Shown here piece after piece: positions 30,783-40,866 of a DNA stretch of 64,000 bases. Each line of letters begins with the position of its first letter. The first letter of the stretch is position 1. A program made the translations under genes and the position numbers. A model generated the notes under the pieces. That model saw only the letters and a list, made by a program, of their open reading frames with translations, had not been told where the DNA came from and did no database searches. The DNA comes from a virus. Its lineage: Duplodnaviria > Heunggongvirae > Uroviricota > Caudoviricetes. The stretch is taken from the IMG/VR virus record IMGVR_UViG_2878528002_000001, positions 34,473 through 98,472 of that record; one strand, 5' to 3'.

Positions 30783-31160
30783 TTATTTCACATGCGTGAT
30801 TAGCCCGTAACAATGCAATCCTAACTCATCCGCCATAAGCCCAATATCGGAATAATCCTCAATTTTATTTGTTTCATATACGGAGATATCATCTATGTCT
30901 TCACCATGCCTATATGCAAATACTATAGAGTTATCTTCTAAAATGACGAATACAGCACAACAATTACAGTCATTATCTGCCACCAATTGCCACGCCAAAT
31001 TTGTAATTTCTTCTTTGGTATTAAGGATGATATATGTTTTGCCACCGCACCCGCATTCACATTGCGGGGATATCAGAAAATTCTTTTCCTTATCCAGCCC
31101 ACATATATGAAATGTGACATTTCCAAGATTCCATGAAAATTTAATTAACCTATTACTCAT
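30783..31160 (-). CDS. Hypothetical protein
   Basis: 125 aa ORF, translationally coupled. Confidence 0.55.
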   Translation of the reverse strand: MSNRLIKFSWNLGNVTFHICGLDKEKNFLISPQCECGCGGKTYIILNTKEEITNLAWQLVADNDCNCCAVFVILEDNSIVFAYRHGEDIDDISVYETNKIEDYSDIGLMADELGLHCYGLITHVK

Positions 31161-31404
31161 TTTCTTCCTCCATTACGCTTGCGGTTTCGCCAAACCAGTT
31201 TAAAAGTTTTCCGACACTCCAGGTTGACACGCATTCCATATGTATCATTTCGTTTTGATAATTCTTGTAATAATAATCACCACGATAAATTTTGCCGCCA
31301 CATGCTTTACAGTAATGTCCGGATTCCCAATTTTTTAGATTTACATCCGGATTAAAATTCGGACATGTTGATACACATGGATCATGTCTACAAATTTCAC
31401 ACAT
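31153..31404 (-). CDS. Small Cys-rich Zn-finger-like protein
   Basis: CEIC..DPC...CP, CKACG, HMEC motifs. Confidence 0.6.
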   Translation of the reverse strand: MCEICRHDPCVSTCPNFNPDVNLKNWESGHYCKACGGKIYRGDYYYKNYQNEMIHMECVSTWSVGKLLNWFGETASVMEEENE

Positions 31405-31425
31405 TTAAATTCCTCCAAAATTTTC

Positions 31426-31863
31426 TTATATGTATTTATTATCCAAAAACTCCGTCACAAATCCATCATTTGTTGTATAATGAATTTCTCGAATTCCTAA
31501 ATCCTTAATGGCTGCCATACAGGAAGGACATGGGCGAGAAATCCCGTACGGCATGTCATCATTCCTCAATCGATATATATATAATTTTACTTTTGCAAAA
31601 TTAATATTCATGTGCCGGATACTATTAATACAGTTGATTTCCGCGTGGAGTTTTGGAAGAAGAGAAACCGTATCATCAAAATTCTCATTATCAGATCGAT
31701 AGGAGTTGTAATACTTCTGGATGGGATGGGTTTTGTTTGTATTACATCCAATACCGATAATAGATCCTTGATATACCGCGACACACCCGATATGGATTTT
31801 GGGATAATCCGATGCATGCGCCACATGCTTTGCTTTGCAAAAATATCTGATATCTGTTTTCAT
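31426..31863 (-). CDS. Cytidine / dCMP deaminase-fold protein
   Basis: HAE (LHAEINCI) and PCxxC (RPCPSCM) Zn motifs. Confidence 0.85.
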   Translation of the reverse strand: MKTDIRYFCKAKHVAHASDYPKIHIGCVAVYQGSIIGIGCNTNKTHPIQKYYNSYRSDNENFDDTVSLLPKLHAEINCINSIRHMNINFAKVKLYIYRLRNDDMPYGISRPCPSCMAAIKDLGIREIHYTTNDGFVTEFLDNKYI

Positions 31864-31978
31864 TATTAAATTTTCCCTTAAAATAATATGTGTTTTTGGA
31901 GTCGATTTTCGATTTAATAGTCGCAGCCCAACAACTATGCATTAAGCTTCGTAGAATTAAAAATAGATGTTTGATTCA

Positions 31979-32335
31979 TTATGATTTCTCGATAAGTTGA
32001 GACTTATAATCTTTTTGATGCTCACTGTTCGCAACACGATATTTAGCCATTCTGTTTTTGAATTCTTCAATCTGTTCTGGTGTCCGCTTGCGTCCGGATT
32101 CTGTACCAGGTTTTATCCCAGGATTCATCTTTAACCATTTCAGTGGGAACTTTGCGCAAATTGATCCATCTTTGTTTTCGTAAAAATATTTAAACTCATC
32201 ACCACGTTCCTCGTATAGTTTCAGGATACGGTTCTTGTGTTTTGGATTTGTGTAAGTACAAACCGCATAATGTTCGCCCGTAAGAAACTCAACACAATTC
32301 TCATTATTCTTATTAAAATTTCTCTCTACCGCCAT
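31979..32335 (-). CDS. Phage hypothetical protein
   Basis: 118 aa; GGAGG RBS. Confidence 0.6.
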   Translation of the reverse strand: MAVERNFNKNNENCVEFLTGEHYAVCTYTNPKHKNRILKLYEERGDEFKYFYENKDGSICAKFPLKWLKMNPGIKPGTESGRKRTPEQIEEFKNRMAKYRVANSEHQKDYKSQLIEKS

Positions 32336-32336
32336 A

Positions 32337-32585
32337 TCACATGCCTCCTAAATTATTAGCAATGTTTGCTCCACATTGCATATCAAATCGCCATGATGAC
32401 ATAATCCTTGCCGCATATTTTGACTCACTGTCTGGTTTTCCGGAAAACTCTGTGTCAAAATCAGAAGAGTAAATCATACCGCCAAACGTGCGATGTAACT
32501 CTTCACGGGATAGAAGAGTAGGATTGGTTAAATTGTGATATGGGGCTTTATATGTGTTATGTCTCTTTGCTGTATTTGCTGTCAT
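32337..32585 (-). CDS. Hypothetical protein
   Basis: 82 aa; GGAG RBS. Confidence 0.55.
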   Translation of the reverse strand: MTANTAKRHNTYKAPYHNLTNPTLLSREELHRTFGGMIYSSDFDTEFSGKPDSESKYAARIMSSWRFDMQCGANIANNLGGM

Positions 32586-32798
32586 ATGTAATTGCTGTCT
32601 CCTTTAAATTTACAAATTTATTTTTCATGATGATTATTCTCCATTCTTTGAACGTTGAACAAAAGGTTGCTATTTGAATTTCATACAATCATATATTGAT
32701 TCACCATCCTCTAAAATATAATTCTCCGTTTTAGATTCTTCTCAACTCAAAGTCATATAGAAGAAGTACAGTGCTTCCGCTAAAATTAACTTCTCCAT

Positions 32799-34088
32799 GT
32801 CAACTACCCACAAGCTAAAGCTTGATGGGCTTGTAGCTCGATTAGACTTCGCAATTACATTTAAGGGCGTAATTGCTTATTCCAAAGCATAAACTACCTA
32901 TCAGGACTAGAGCCAGCCCCTAAAATTCTTTTTCCCTCTGTTAATATATTTTTTGCAGCGTTTATATCTCTATCGTGATGAGTATGACATTCAGGACAAG
33001 TCCATTTTCTTATATATAATGGTTTCTTTCCAGTAATACAACCACAACAAGAACATATTTGAGAACTCGGAAACCATTTATCAATTTTTACAACAGTTCT
33101 TCCTTTATTCTCCGCCTTATATTCCAACATATTAATAAACATAGACCAACCAACATCTGCAACAGATAAAGCTAAATGATGATTTTTCATCATACCTTTT
33201 ACATTCAAATCTTCCAAAGATATAACTTGGTTCTCGTTAGTAATCTTATAAGAGATTTTATGTAAATAATCTTTTCGTTGATTTACAACACGTTGATTCA
33301 ACCTAGCAACTTTCATTTTCTGTCTGTTATAATTATTACTTCCTTTTGTCATTTTACTTAACTTTCGCTGTTCTTTTTTTAGCTTAGGCAAATTTTTTCG
33401 CAATGATTGTAATACAGGAAATTTAATTCCATCAGAACAAATCGCTAAATCAGTTAATCCTAAATCTATTCCTATTTCTTTGTTTACTTTGGGCAAAGTT
33501 TCATCTGTTTCAGCTTCTTTCCAAAGTATAGAAATATAAAACTCGTTAGTAGGTGTCATGGAAATAGTACAAGATTTTACAATTCCAATTTTATGCCTAT
33601 GATTGACAATTTTTATCTTTCCTAGTTTAGGTAGTTTTATTGTTTCATCATCAATAGGAAATCCATTAGCAATCATGGTTTTATAACTATTTTTAGAACA
33701 TTTCTTACTCTTGTATTTAGGAAATCCTTTATTTGGTTGTTTAAAAAATCCAGAAAATGCAGATTGTAAATCAATTTGAGTAAAACATAGAGCTTGTCCA
33801 TCTACTTCTTTCAACCATTCATATTCCTTTTTATAAAAAGCAGGTGTGTTTATCTTGCTTTTCTTGTTTTCTTCGTAATATTTGATATTGTCGGAGAGTG
33901 CTTGATTCCAATACCATCTGCAACAACCAAAAGTTTTAAGTATTAACATTTTTTGTTCATCTGTCGGAAAGCATCTAACTTTATATGCTTTTATATTGTT
34001 CACCTCCTTCAATATAATATTCTCTCTTTGTTTTTTTTATTATTTTATTACAATTCCTCCCATCAGCTAAAACTAATGGGATTCTTTG
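32799..34088 (-). mobile_element. IS200/IS605-family TnpB-only element (1290 bp)
   Basis: LE begins CAAAGAAT then CCCATTAG-N6-CTGATGGG hairpin; RE has the CCCATCAAGCTTTAGCTTGTGGG hairpin and ends TAGTTGAC; removal restores the flanking ORF; no tnpA. Confidence 0.9.
32894..34012 (-). CDS. tnpB: TnpB RNA-guided endonuclease
   Basis: [13 protein letters not shown]; RuvC GIDLG, LEDL, DRDINAA; Zn finger CSCCG/CPEC; all catalytic residues present. Confidence 0.95.
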   Translation of the reverse strand: MKEVNNIKAYKVRCFPTDEQKMLILKTFGCCRWYWNQALSDNIKYYEENKKSKINTPAFYKKEYEWLKEVDGQALCFTQIDLQSAFSGFFKQPNKGFPKYKSKKCSKNSYKTMIANGFPIDDETIKLPKLGKIKIVNHRHKIGIVKSCTISMTPTNEFYISILWKEAETDETLPKVNKEIGIDLGLTDLAICSDGIKFPVLQSLRKNLPKLKKEQRKLSKMTKGSNNYNRQKMKVARLNQRVVNQRKDYLHKISYKITNENQVISLEDLNVKGMMKNHHLALSVADVGWSMFINMLEYKAENKGRTVVKIDKWFPSSQICSCCGCITGKKPLYIRKWTCPECHTHHDRDINAAKNILTEGKRILGAGSSPDR

Positions 34089-34192
34089 CTATCATCTCCT
34101 TTGAAATAGAAGTATCTTCCCAAATCCAACTCAGTGAGTCATCGTTTCTTTCTTTTATACAATCAACAAGGAAATTGATAATCTCATATAAT

Positions 34193-35014
34193 CTATTCTC
34201 CGTCATATACATTCTCCTCCGTGATATTTTTAATATTGTAAATTTCCATCATCTTATGAATTGCCCACTCAATTTCCTGCTCATAGCCTTCTTTATTAAG
34301 AACATAGATATTTGGAACTGTTTTTGGCGGCTCATCCGGATTAACCTGTACAAAACCTAATTCTCTTTTTACAAGAAGAGGTTTACTATTTCCTACGGGT
34401 TGAGTGAGCCAATCCATACATTTCAAAATTGTGTTCTTCGCAACTGACAATTCCTTCGCCATTCCATCAATACTCCGCCAAAATGCTTCAGGCTGGTTTT
34501 CAGGATGATTCATTTTTTCTGAGTTATCTGGATTTCGCGGGCGATTGCCAATATAGGAGAGGATATATAGAAGAGCCATTAAGAGATTTTCATTATTAAT
34601 AGAAGAGTCATTCATCATGATGGTATTAAGCTGCGATGATGTTATTTTGCAGAAATGATCTGGGTAATCGAAATTTTCCGGTATGATAGTAATTTTGATT
34701 CCAGTATCATATCCGACAGTATCAAGATCCTGTTTGACTTTGATCATTTTGTTGTTGATCATGTATTCCAGTACATCCAGGATTTCTTTAAATGCTTTGG
34801 GTTTATGTTTCGTAGTTTTATATCCATAGAATTCCAGTACCTCGCGAATGGTAATCCAACTATAATTCTCATACGACCTATATCTGTCTATTAATATATA
34901 AGTAATGTAAAACTTGCGGCTGATCCCAAACTTGCTGCAAATGTCACCCTGGATATACCGATTTGGAAATCTAGTAAAATATTCCGTTTCCATTTTTATC
35001 TCCTTTCTGTTCAC
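34193..35014 (-). CDS. Putative HTH DNA-binding / replication-initiator-like protein
   Basis: 273 aa; C-terminal AFWRSIDGMAKELSVAKNTILKCMDWL is winged-HTH-like. Confidence 0.45.
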   Translation of the reverse strand: MNRKEIKMETEYFTRFPNRYIQGDICSKFGISRKFYITYILIDRYRSYENYSWITIREVLEFYGYKTTKHKPKAFKEILDVLEYMINNKMIKVKQDLDTVGYDTGIKITIIPENFDYPDHFCKITSSQLNTIMMNDSSINNENLLMALLYILSYIGNRPRNPDNSEKMNHPENQPEAFWRSIDGMAKELSVAKNTILKCMDWLTQPVGNSKPLLVKRELGFVQVNPDEPPKTVPNIYVLNKEGYEQEIEWAIHKMMEIYNIKNITEENVYDGE

Positions 35015-35017
35015 GGC

Positions 35018-35094
35018 GGTTCATTAGACCTACACAAAAGTGCTGTCCAATTTTGGCACGAGGGTTCATTGGACATACACAAAAGTGTCGTCCA
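35018..35094. repeat. Two 32-bp palindromic direct repeats
   Basis: 35018-35049 and 35063-35094; 28/32 identical. Confidence 0.8.
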
Positions 35095-35192
35095 GTGAAC
35101 ACTAATAAGATAGAATATATTAATATACTACGTATATTAATATTTGCGCATCCTTTTCCACATGATTGAGAAGATGAAAAAGATAGAATCAT

Positions 35193-35402
35193 TTAATTCA
35201 AAATTTCAATTTCATCTTCGTACATGCCGCTACATATACATTCTCTCTTTACATTACATTTCTGCATGTACTCATTTAATACTTCTCGTTCTTTATCGCT
35301 GGCAATACAATGAGCAAGTGTTTCCATGAAGAACATGTTCTCCTCATGTGTGAGGTTTAATAAATTTAAAATCTGATTTATTTTCTTTTCTGTTTTATCC
35401 AT
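35193..35402 (-). CDS. Hypothetical protein
   Basis: 69 aa; AAGGA RBS. Confidence 0.5.
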   Translation of the reverse strand: MDKTEKKINQILNLLNLTHEENMFFMETLAHCIASDKEREVLNEYMQKCNVKRECICSGMYEDEIEILN

Positions 35403-36657
35403 GTCGTTTTCCTTTCATTATTTATTTCTCTGTTTCACTTTTACTGACTCCTCTAGGTTGAGGATATATAAAGGTGCTTACGCACCCGATTCCCTTTCGG
35501 GAATTCCCAGTAAAGAAAAAATGTATATCCATTTTTATTTATAGGAAATTAAAATTTAATTTTTATTTATATCGCGGAACCTCAGTGGAGCGCATGGTGA
35601 GCAATGCGATTTGGTGCATTCATTAACTCCTGGATGGAATAGAAGATGAACATACCAGGATGAATCTATATTTCGTGGGCTGAATATTGAGATGGAAGAG
35701 TGTAGTAAAACCTTGTTTCATTAATGGAATTCTCTTTTTATTTTCTTTTTACATGTAATTCAACTTCGGTTTTACTACTTACGCAATTTGCGCAATAAAA
35801 AAAGACCAACTACATTGTTGATCTTTAATGGAAAAATATTTTTATTTTTTATATATTCGGTAATTTCGAGTAAGGACTTCGCCGCTATAAACATTTTCTT
35901 CTGATTCTACTGGGATTTCACGCAGCTCGTCTTAGCTTCGTTTTGCCTATCATCTGTTTTTCGTGCTATGAATTTTGCCCGCGTTCGATACCGATGCGCA
36001 TTATAATAAGGAAACGACTATGCGGAAAAGTGGGCTAGACCGCGTTTTTACGGCAAAAGCTCGCTAAAATTTTGACCATCCTGATCACGCGTTAGGTACT
36101 TATAATTTTCTCATGTAAAAGTACCCTCATATGGGGAATTATCGGGCTTTTCTACACACTCGCCGCTAAAATTCACGTTTCCGGCAAATTTGGTAGAGTG
36201 TCATAAAAACATGAATTAATGGGATGCTACCGAACACGTCTCCGAACAAATTTGATGGGAATTTAAAAGGATGGATTCGAAAAATGAGAGGATAGTGTGA
36301 GTGGAACACATGGGGGAGAATAATTGTCAGACTATTTTGATAATAATGTAAATTACCCCCATTGCATATACAATATACGCAATACAACAAAATTGATAGG
36401 GTATACAAAAACATTGGATTAATTGGACTTTTTGTGGAAATGGAATTGTTAGCTGTAATAAACTATTCTGAGATCACTATATATAAGATGTTTTAGTTTT
36501 TCAAACAATTTTAACTTTTCAGATAAAACGTTGATTTTATACATGCCCCTGGTATTGTCTGAAAATATGACGTTTTTGTGCGCCCCGTATGGTTTCGATA
36601 AAATGGTTCGGTATCGAATCATTAAAAAAAACAAAAATCCACATGTCCTATTCAATA

Positions 36658-36711
36658 CCACATAATCCCACGCTATTTTCTTTTGCATTCCACATAATCC
36701 CACGCTATTTT
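36658..36711. repeat. 22-bp direct repeat x2 (period 32)
   Basis: CCACATAATCCCACGCTATTTT at 36658-36679 and 36690-36711, with partial copies on each side. Confidence 0.85.
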
Positions 36712-37454
36712 GATGCAATCCCACACACTAAAATGTGGTTTTTGCACTACAATTTTGAGATTATGCATCAATTCAACATAAAGCCACATATATAATTCAC
36801 AAATACCACACAAAACAACATACATTTTACATAAATTATCAAACAATTATATAGCAAGCTGTTTATTTACGCGATGTCGCGTATTATTTTAACAATCTTA
36901 CATACATCAGTCATAATTGCACACGATACCGCAACAGCATCACATAATTGTTTACTATAATGATACAATAATATCATATTGATTGCAATACGCATACAGC
37001 TAGCACAACTTACACACAAGTTATACTATTGATATATCTATTGTATACACTAATGCAAGTATCACATACATATCACTACAATGATACTATACTATCACAC
37101 AATAACCATAATATTGTAGCATACATACACACTATATTATGTCATGTGTATATATACTATATTATCATAGTTGTGCATGCATCAACGATAATAGCTTGTA
37201 TTATCTGTATATATTGTGAGTACCAGTCGCAAACCATGACACGTTGATATACGTTATATTAATATATCTATATTATAGTATTGTATACCACTACATATAG
37301 TATCAAATACCGTACTTGTTATATATCTTTTTATATGGCACAAAATGGCGCGTTCTGGACGCGTTTACACTGTCACAAGACAAACTATGCGCGGATGCCT
37401 TGCACGGGATTACAGGACGTTATGATCGCGTTTCTTCCTATTATATGGCAAAAA

Positions 37455-38033
37455 TTATAAATTAATATCATTGAAATAATTGTAATCATTCTCAATTATA
37501 TATTGGGATATATCATATATATTATTTTTGTCTCGGTACATCATATCTTGTAATTTATACATTTTTATAGGATCATTTCCATGTTCTTTTATTTGCCAGT
37601 ATATAAAAGTCTTTCTTAATGATTCAGTGGTTATGTGTATTGACAGATTATATTTTTTCGTAAACCTTATATACCATCCGTTAAAAGTCGCAATATTCAT
37701 TTGTCGTTGATTATATCCAAATACATATACATATAATTGGTAATCATTGCTTATTTCTATATTATGTTGTATTGCCTCTTTACATGCTTTATTTAAATAC
37801 AATTTATATTCATTTCTTTCAATGTAATCTTTAATGGTATAATCGTTATTTAAAATATCATACCACTGTAAAGATAATAAATCTTTTGATTTTAACCCTA
37901 AATTAATACCTAATATAAAATATAATAATTGTTTTTCTCCAATTATAGGCTTTAGTGTTTGAAAATAAGCTTTTAATAAATTTATATATTCTTTTGACTT
38001 GATACTATCGGCTTTTTGTTGGGTATTACTCAT
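37455..38033 (-). CDS. Degenerate tyrosine-recombinase catalytic-domain protein
   Basis: GINLGLKSKDLLSL (R replaced by K), TESLRKTF (H replaced by E), no LGH box. Confidence 0.65.
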   Translation of the reverse strand: MSNTQQKADSIKSKEYINLLKAYFQTLKPIIGEKQLLYFILGINLGLKSKDLLSLQWYDILNNDYTIKDYIERNEYKLYLNKACKEAIQHNIEISNDYQLYVYVFGYNQRQMNIATFNGWYIRFTKKYNLSIHITTESLRKTFIYWQIKEHGNDPIKMYKLQDMMYRDKNNIYDISQYIIENDYNYFNDINL

Positions 38034-38223
38034 TATATGTTATGCCTTTATTGTCTAAATCAGATTTTATCAATGCTTTAATATAGGCTGTTTTAGTTTG
38101 ATCTGTATTTTCTATATATCGTATTAACCTATTATATTCTTTTGTTTCTTTTTCTGTATATTTCAGTCTAACAACATTACATTTATTATTATAATCTCTC
38201 TGACTTTTCGCATTATATGCCAT
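38026..38223 (-). CDS. Small ribbon-helix-helix-like regulator
   Basis: Likely start MAYNAKSQRDYN (GGAG RBS); ...QTKTAYIKALIKSDL; track ORF 38026..38286. Confidence 0.6.
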   Translation of the reverse strand: MAYNAKSQRDYNNKCNVVRLKYTEKETKEYNRLIRYIENTDQTKTAYIKALIKSDLDNKGITYNE

Positions 38224-38268
38224 TGTACACACTCCTTTAAATGATTTATTTTTGTACATAATAGTCAA

Positions 38269-38364
38269 ATAGGAGCACCTATTCAACGTATAAATTATGC
38301 ATACTGCTAAAGTTTAATAAATATAGGAGCACCTATTGACTGATAGGGGCACCTATGATATAGT
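38269..38364 (+). promoter_or_regulatory. Triple palindromic operator plus sigmaA promoter
   Basis: ATAGG-RGCA-CCTAT at 38269, 38323 and 38343; TTGACT(38336)-17-TATAGT(38359) with extended TG. Confidence 0.75.
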
Positions 38365-38637
38365 ATAACCATCAACAAGAGATACACAAGTATCAAACAG
38401 TTGATGCAACCTACATCATGTAGGACGTAACCGTCAATCTAATAAGTCCAGAGCGCACAAAATGAACATTGACAACTAAATTTACACCAAGCCAAAAAGT
38501 AGGATGGCTCCTCGTTTCAGGGATGTGGAAGACGGTCACTACACGAAAATGAAACAAGCGCAAGGCGGATACATCACCCGTAAAAATGCGCTATAGCAAA
38601 TACATAAGTTGAAATACATAAAAGGAGGTATTATCCA

Positions 38638-38727
38638 ATGTATACAGATTTCGGATACATCGGGAAAACGGATGGCATCGAATACGCAACTGTCGATGAA
38701 GCACTAGAAGCCAATCCAAACAACTAA
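38638..38727 (+). CDS. 29-aa peptide
   Basis: AAAGGAGGT RBS; MYTDFGYIGKTDGIEYATVDEALEANPNN; followed by a GGGGACT-GAAA-AGTCCCT hairpin. Confidence 0.6.
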   Translation: MYTDFGYIGKTDGIEYATVDEALEANPNN

Positions 38728-38759
38728 CAACGGGGGACTGAAAAGTCCCTCATTAGTAA

Positions 38760-39315
38760 ATACCTCCATAAAGATTGTAACATTTTTATAAAGTGCAGTC
38801 AACCGCACTATAAAAAAGAATGTGATGTTCACGACAGCAACAAAAACTTGCAAGGGTAGCAAATTGACATGATAGCAAGTAAAACAAAAGTCAAACCAAA
38901 AGACCACGCGACAGGTTAAAAATGCAAAAAGTCGGTTGTCCGTATCCGATCAAAAAACGGCGGTATGGTAAAACCCGTAAACGTTTCCTGTCCGTAGCCG
39001 TGGCACGGAGGACAAAAAACCACACGGAAGTTGTAAACAATAATACAACTTGCCACCGATGAAAAGACGGTGCAAAACAAAAAAGTGGGATAGTACAGAT
39101 TCTTAGAACGTGAGCGGATCACAATAAAAACCGCGACTGTACAACTTGCAAGTGATTAATGATTAACCGCTTGCTTTTTTGTTTTGACTTTGCAAGTCAT
39201 TTCTAACAAGCAAAGCAACGTGAAAGACGGGCAAAAACATAAGACCTGGATGGGCAGTAAGTAGTAGTCAAGTAACGTTGTTTCTAATGTTGGTAAATGT
39301 GGCTTGCAAAGATGA
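38760..39315 (+). ncRNA. Large multi-stem structured ncRNA candidate (ROOL/GOLLD-like in size and context)
   Basis: No plus-strand ORF; at least 8 nested stems, including a perfect 13-bp helix (39073-85/39174-86) and a ~22-bp helix with G:U pairs (39188-209/39288-311). Confidence 0.7.
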
Positions 39316-39366
39316 GAACAAAAAAGAGAACTAATAAATACGACAGATAAAAGGGAGGAATATAAA

Positions 39367-39615
39367 ATGTTAGATTATAGTTTTTTCTACGATTTAGCGA
39401 AATATTGTAATGATAACTGGAAAGGTTGCTTTACTGAAAAAGAAATAGCCGAAAATGCATATGAGTATTTAGTATCATATGAATATAGTGTTAAAAATGG
39501 TAGTCCAAACTACACTATTAGAACACTAATTCAAAATTTACAGGAAGATATAAAAAATGATTCTCAATCAGAATCATCTGATTATTTGATTATGTTAACA
39601 AGTGAATTAAATTAA
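39367..39615 (+). CDS. Hypothetical early protein
   Basis: 82 aa; GGAGG RBS. Confidence 0.65.
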   Translation: MLDYSFFYDLAKYCNDNWKGCFTEKEIAENAYEYLVSYEYSVKNGSPNYTIRTLIQNLQEDIKNDSQSESSDYLIMLTSELN

Positions 39616-39717
39616 TCAAATAATTTATAGGCAGTAACATAGCACACAAGCGTTTTTTCTTGTGTGCTTTTTAGTACCTATAAACAAAGATCATAAATTT
39701 AAGGGAGAAAATAAACC

Positions 39718-40056
39718 ATGAAAAAGAGAATCATTAGTACATTAGTTACCGCAACAGTAGCACTTACAGCTTTTTGGGGCGGTCAGTTGACCAACGCGAC
39801 AGTCCAGGCAAATGAAAAGAAATATATCGCAGTCGAGGACATTATAGACTGGAATACGGATGGGAAAGAATTATCACTTGCATTACAGGACGATACAGAA
39901 GCATACGCGTACAAGTCGCAGAACGTATATAAACCGGAAAGAAAACAGTTTCTTGCATTGGATGAGATCGCGGATGTAAAGGCAACGAAAACTGGATTTG
40001 AGATCATCACGGCGGACGGTGAAATCTACTATTTCGACAGACAGGAGATAAAATAG
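39718..40056 (+). CDS. Putative exported or membrane protein
   Basis: N-terminal MKKR + hydrophobic stretch + VQA, signal-peptide-like. Confidence 0.6.
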   Translation: MKKRIISTLVTATVALTAFWGGQLTNATVQANEKKYIAVEDIIDWNTDGKELSLALQDDTEAYAYKSQNVYKPERKQFLALDEIADVKATKTGFEIITADGEIYYFDRQEIK

Positions 40057-40057
40057 A

Positions 40058-40327
40058 ATGGAAAATAATTACATTATCGGCGAAAAGAACGGGAAATGTA
40101 TAGTTGTAACCGCAAAAGAGATTATTGGGAACGCGTTAGAACAGGAACGCGCCGGAATCAAACCGCACTATGCATGGTGGGATTACAAGGAAGAAAAGCC
40201 TGCAACAGGTAAAGGATGGCTTATTTGGTCATCAATAAATCACGGATGCGGTGTTGTATATCGCAGATATGATGGAAAAATGATCATTGTAACAGGTGTA
40301 CAAGGTGACTTTGCTTATATTTTATAG
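40058..40327 (+). CDS. Hypothetical protein
   Basis: 89 aa; GGAG RBS. Confidence 0.6.
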   Translation: MENNYIIGEKNGKCIVVTAKEIIGNALEQERAGIKPHYAWWDYKEEKPATGKGWLIWSSINHGCGVVYRRYDGKMIIVTGVQGDFAYIL

Positions 40328-40350
40328 AATGGAATCAGGAGGAAAAGAAC

Positions 40351-40866
40351 ATGATGAGAATTTATTTAACAAATTTAGGAAAATACAACGAGGGCGAATT
40401 AGTAGGCGAATGGGTGGATTTACCGATAGAAAAAGAAGATCTTCAAGAGGCATTTAAAAGAATCGGCATTGACGGAAAACAATACGAAGAATATTTTATA
40501 ACGGATTATGAATGCGATTTTTACAAGATTGGAGAATATGAAAGCATCACGACATTAAATGAAATCGCGGAAAAAATAGACAATCTCGATGAAGAACAAG
40601 AACAGGTTGTAAAAGTATTAATGTCCGAATGTGGCTACGATCTGGATGATGCTATCGAGAAAGCCGAAAGGGGTGATTATAGAATCTATAGTAACTGCGA
40701 TAATATGACAGATGTTGCATACATAGTTATTGAAGAATGTGGATATCTGGATAATGCACCGGAATTTTTAACTAGATATTTTGATTACAAAGCGTATGGG
40801 CGTGATCTTGGTATCGAGGGAAGTTTTTATTTTTTAGATAATGGCAACTGTATAGAAATCTATTGA
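40351..40866 (+). CDS. ardA: ArdA antirestriction protein
   Basis: RIYLTNLGKYNEGELVGEWVDLP, EYFITDYE, YFDYKAYGRDL; highly acidic. Confidence 0.92.
   Translation: MMRIYLTNLGKYNEGELVGEWVDLPIEKEDLQEAFKRIGIDGKQYEEYFITDYECDFYKIGEYESITTLNEIAEKIDNLDEEQEQVVKVLMSECGYDLDDAIEKAERGDYRIYSNCDNMTDVAYIVIEECGYLDNAPEFLTRYFDYKAYGRDLGIEGSFYFLDNGNCIEIY

Larger units (their letters stand above)
32731..34206 (-). pseudogene. 61-aa ORF interrupted by the TnpB element
   Basis: Joining 34206-34089 to 32798-32731 gives the uninterrupted MTENRLYEII...KEMI-DGEVNFSGSTVLLLYDFELRRI*. Confidence 0.75.

Noticed and set aside
35018-35094. Second CRISPR array
   Set aside because: Only two units, a 13-bp spacer and no associated genes.
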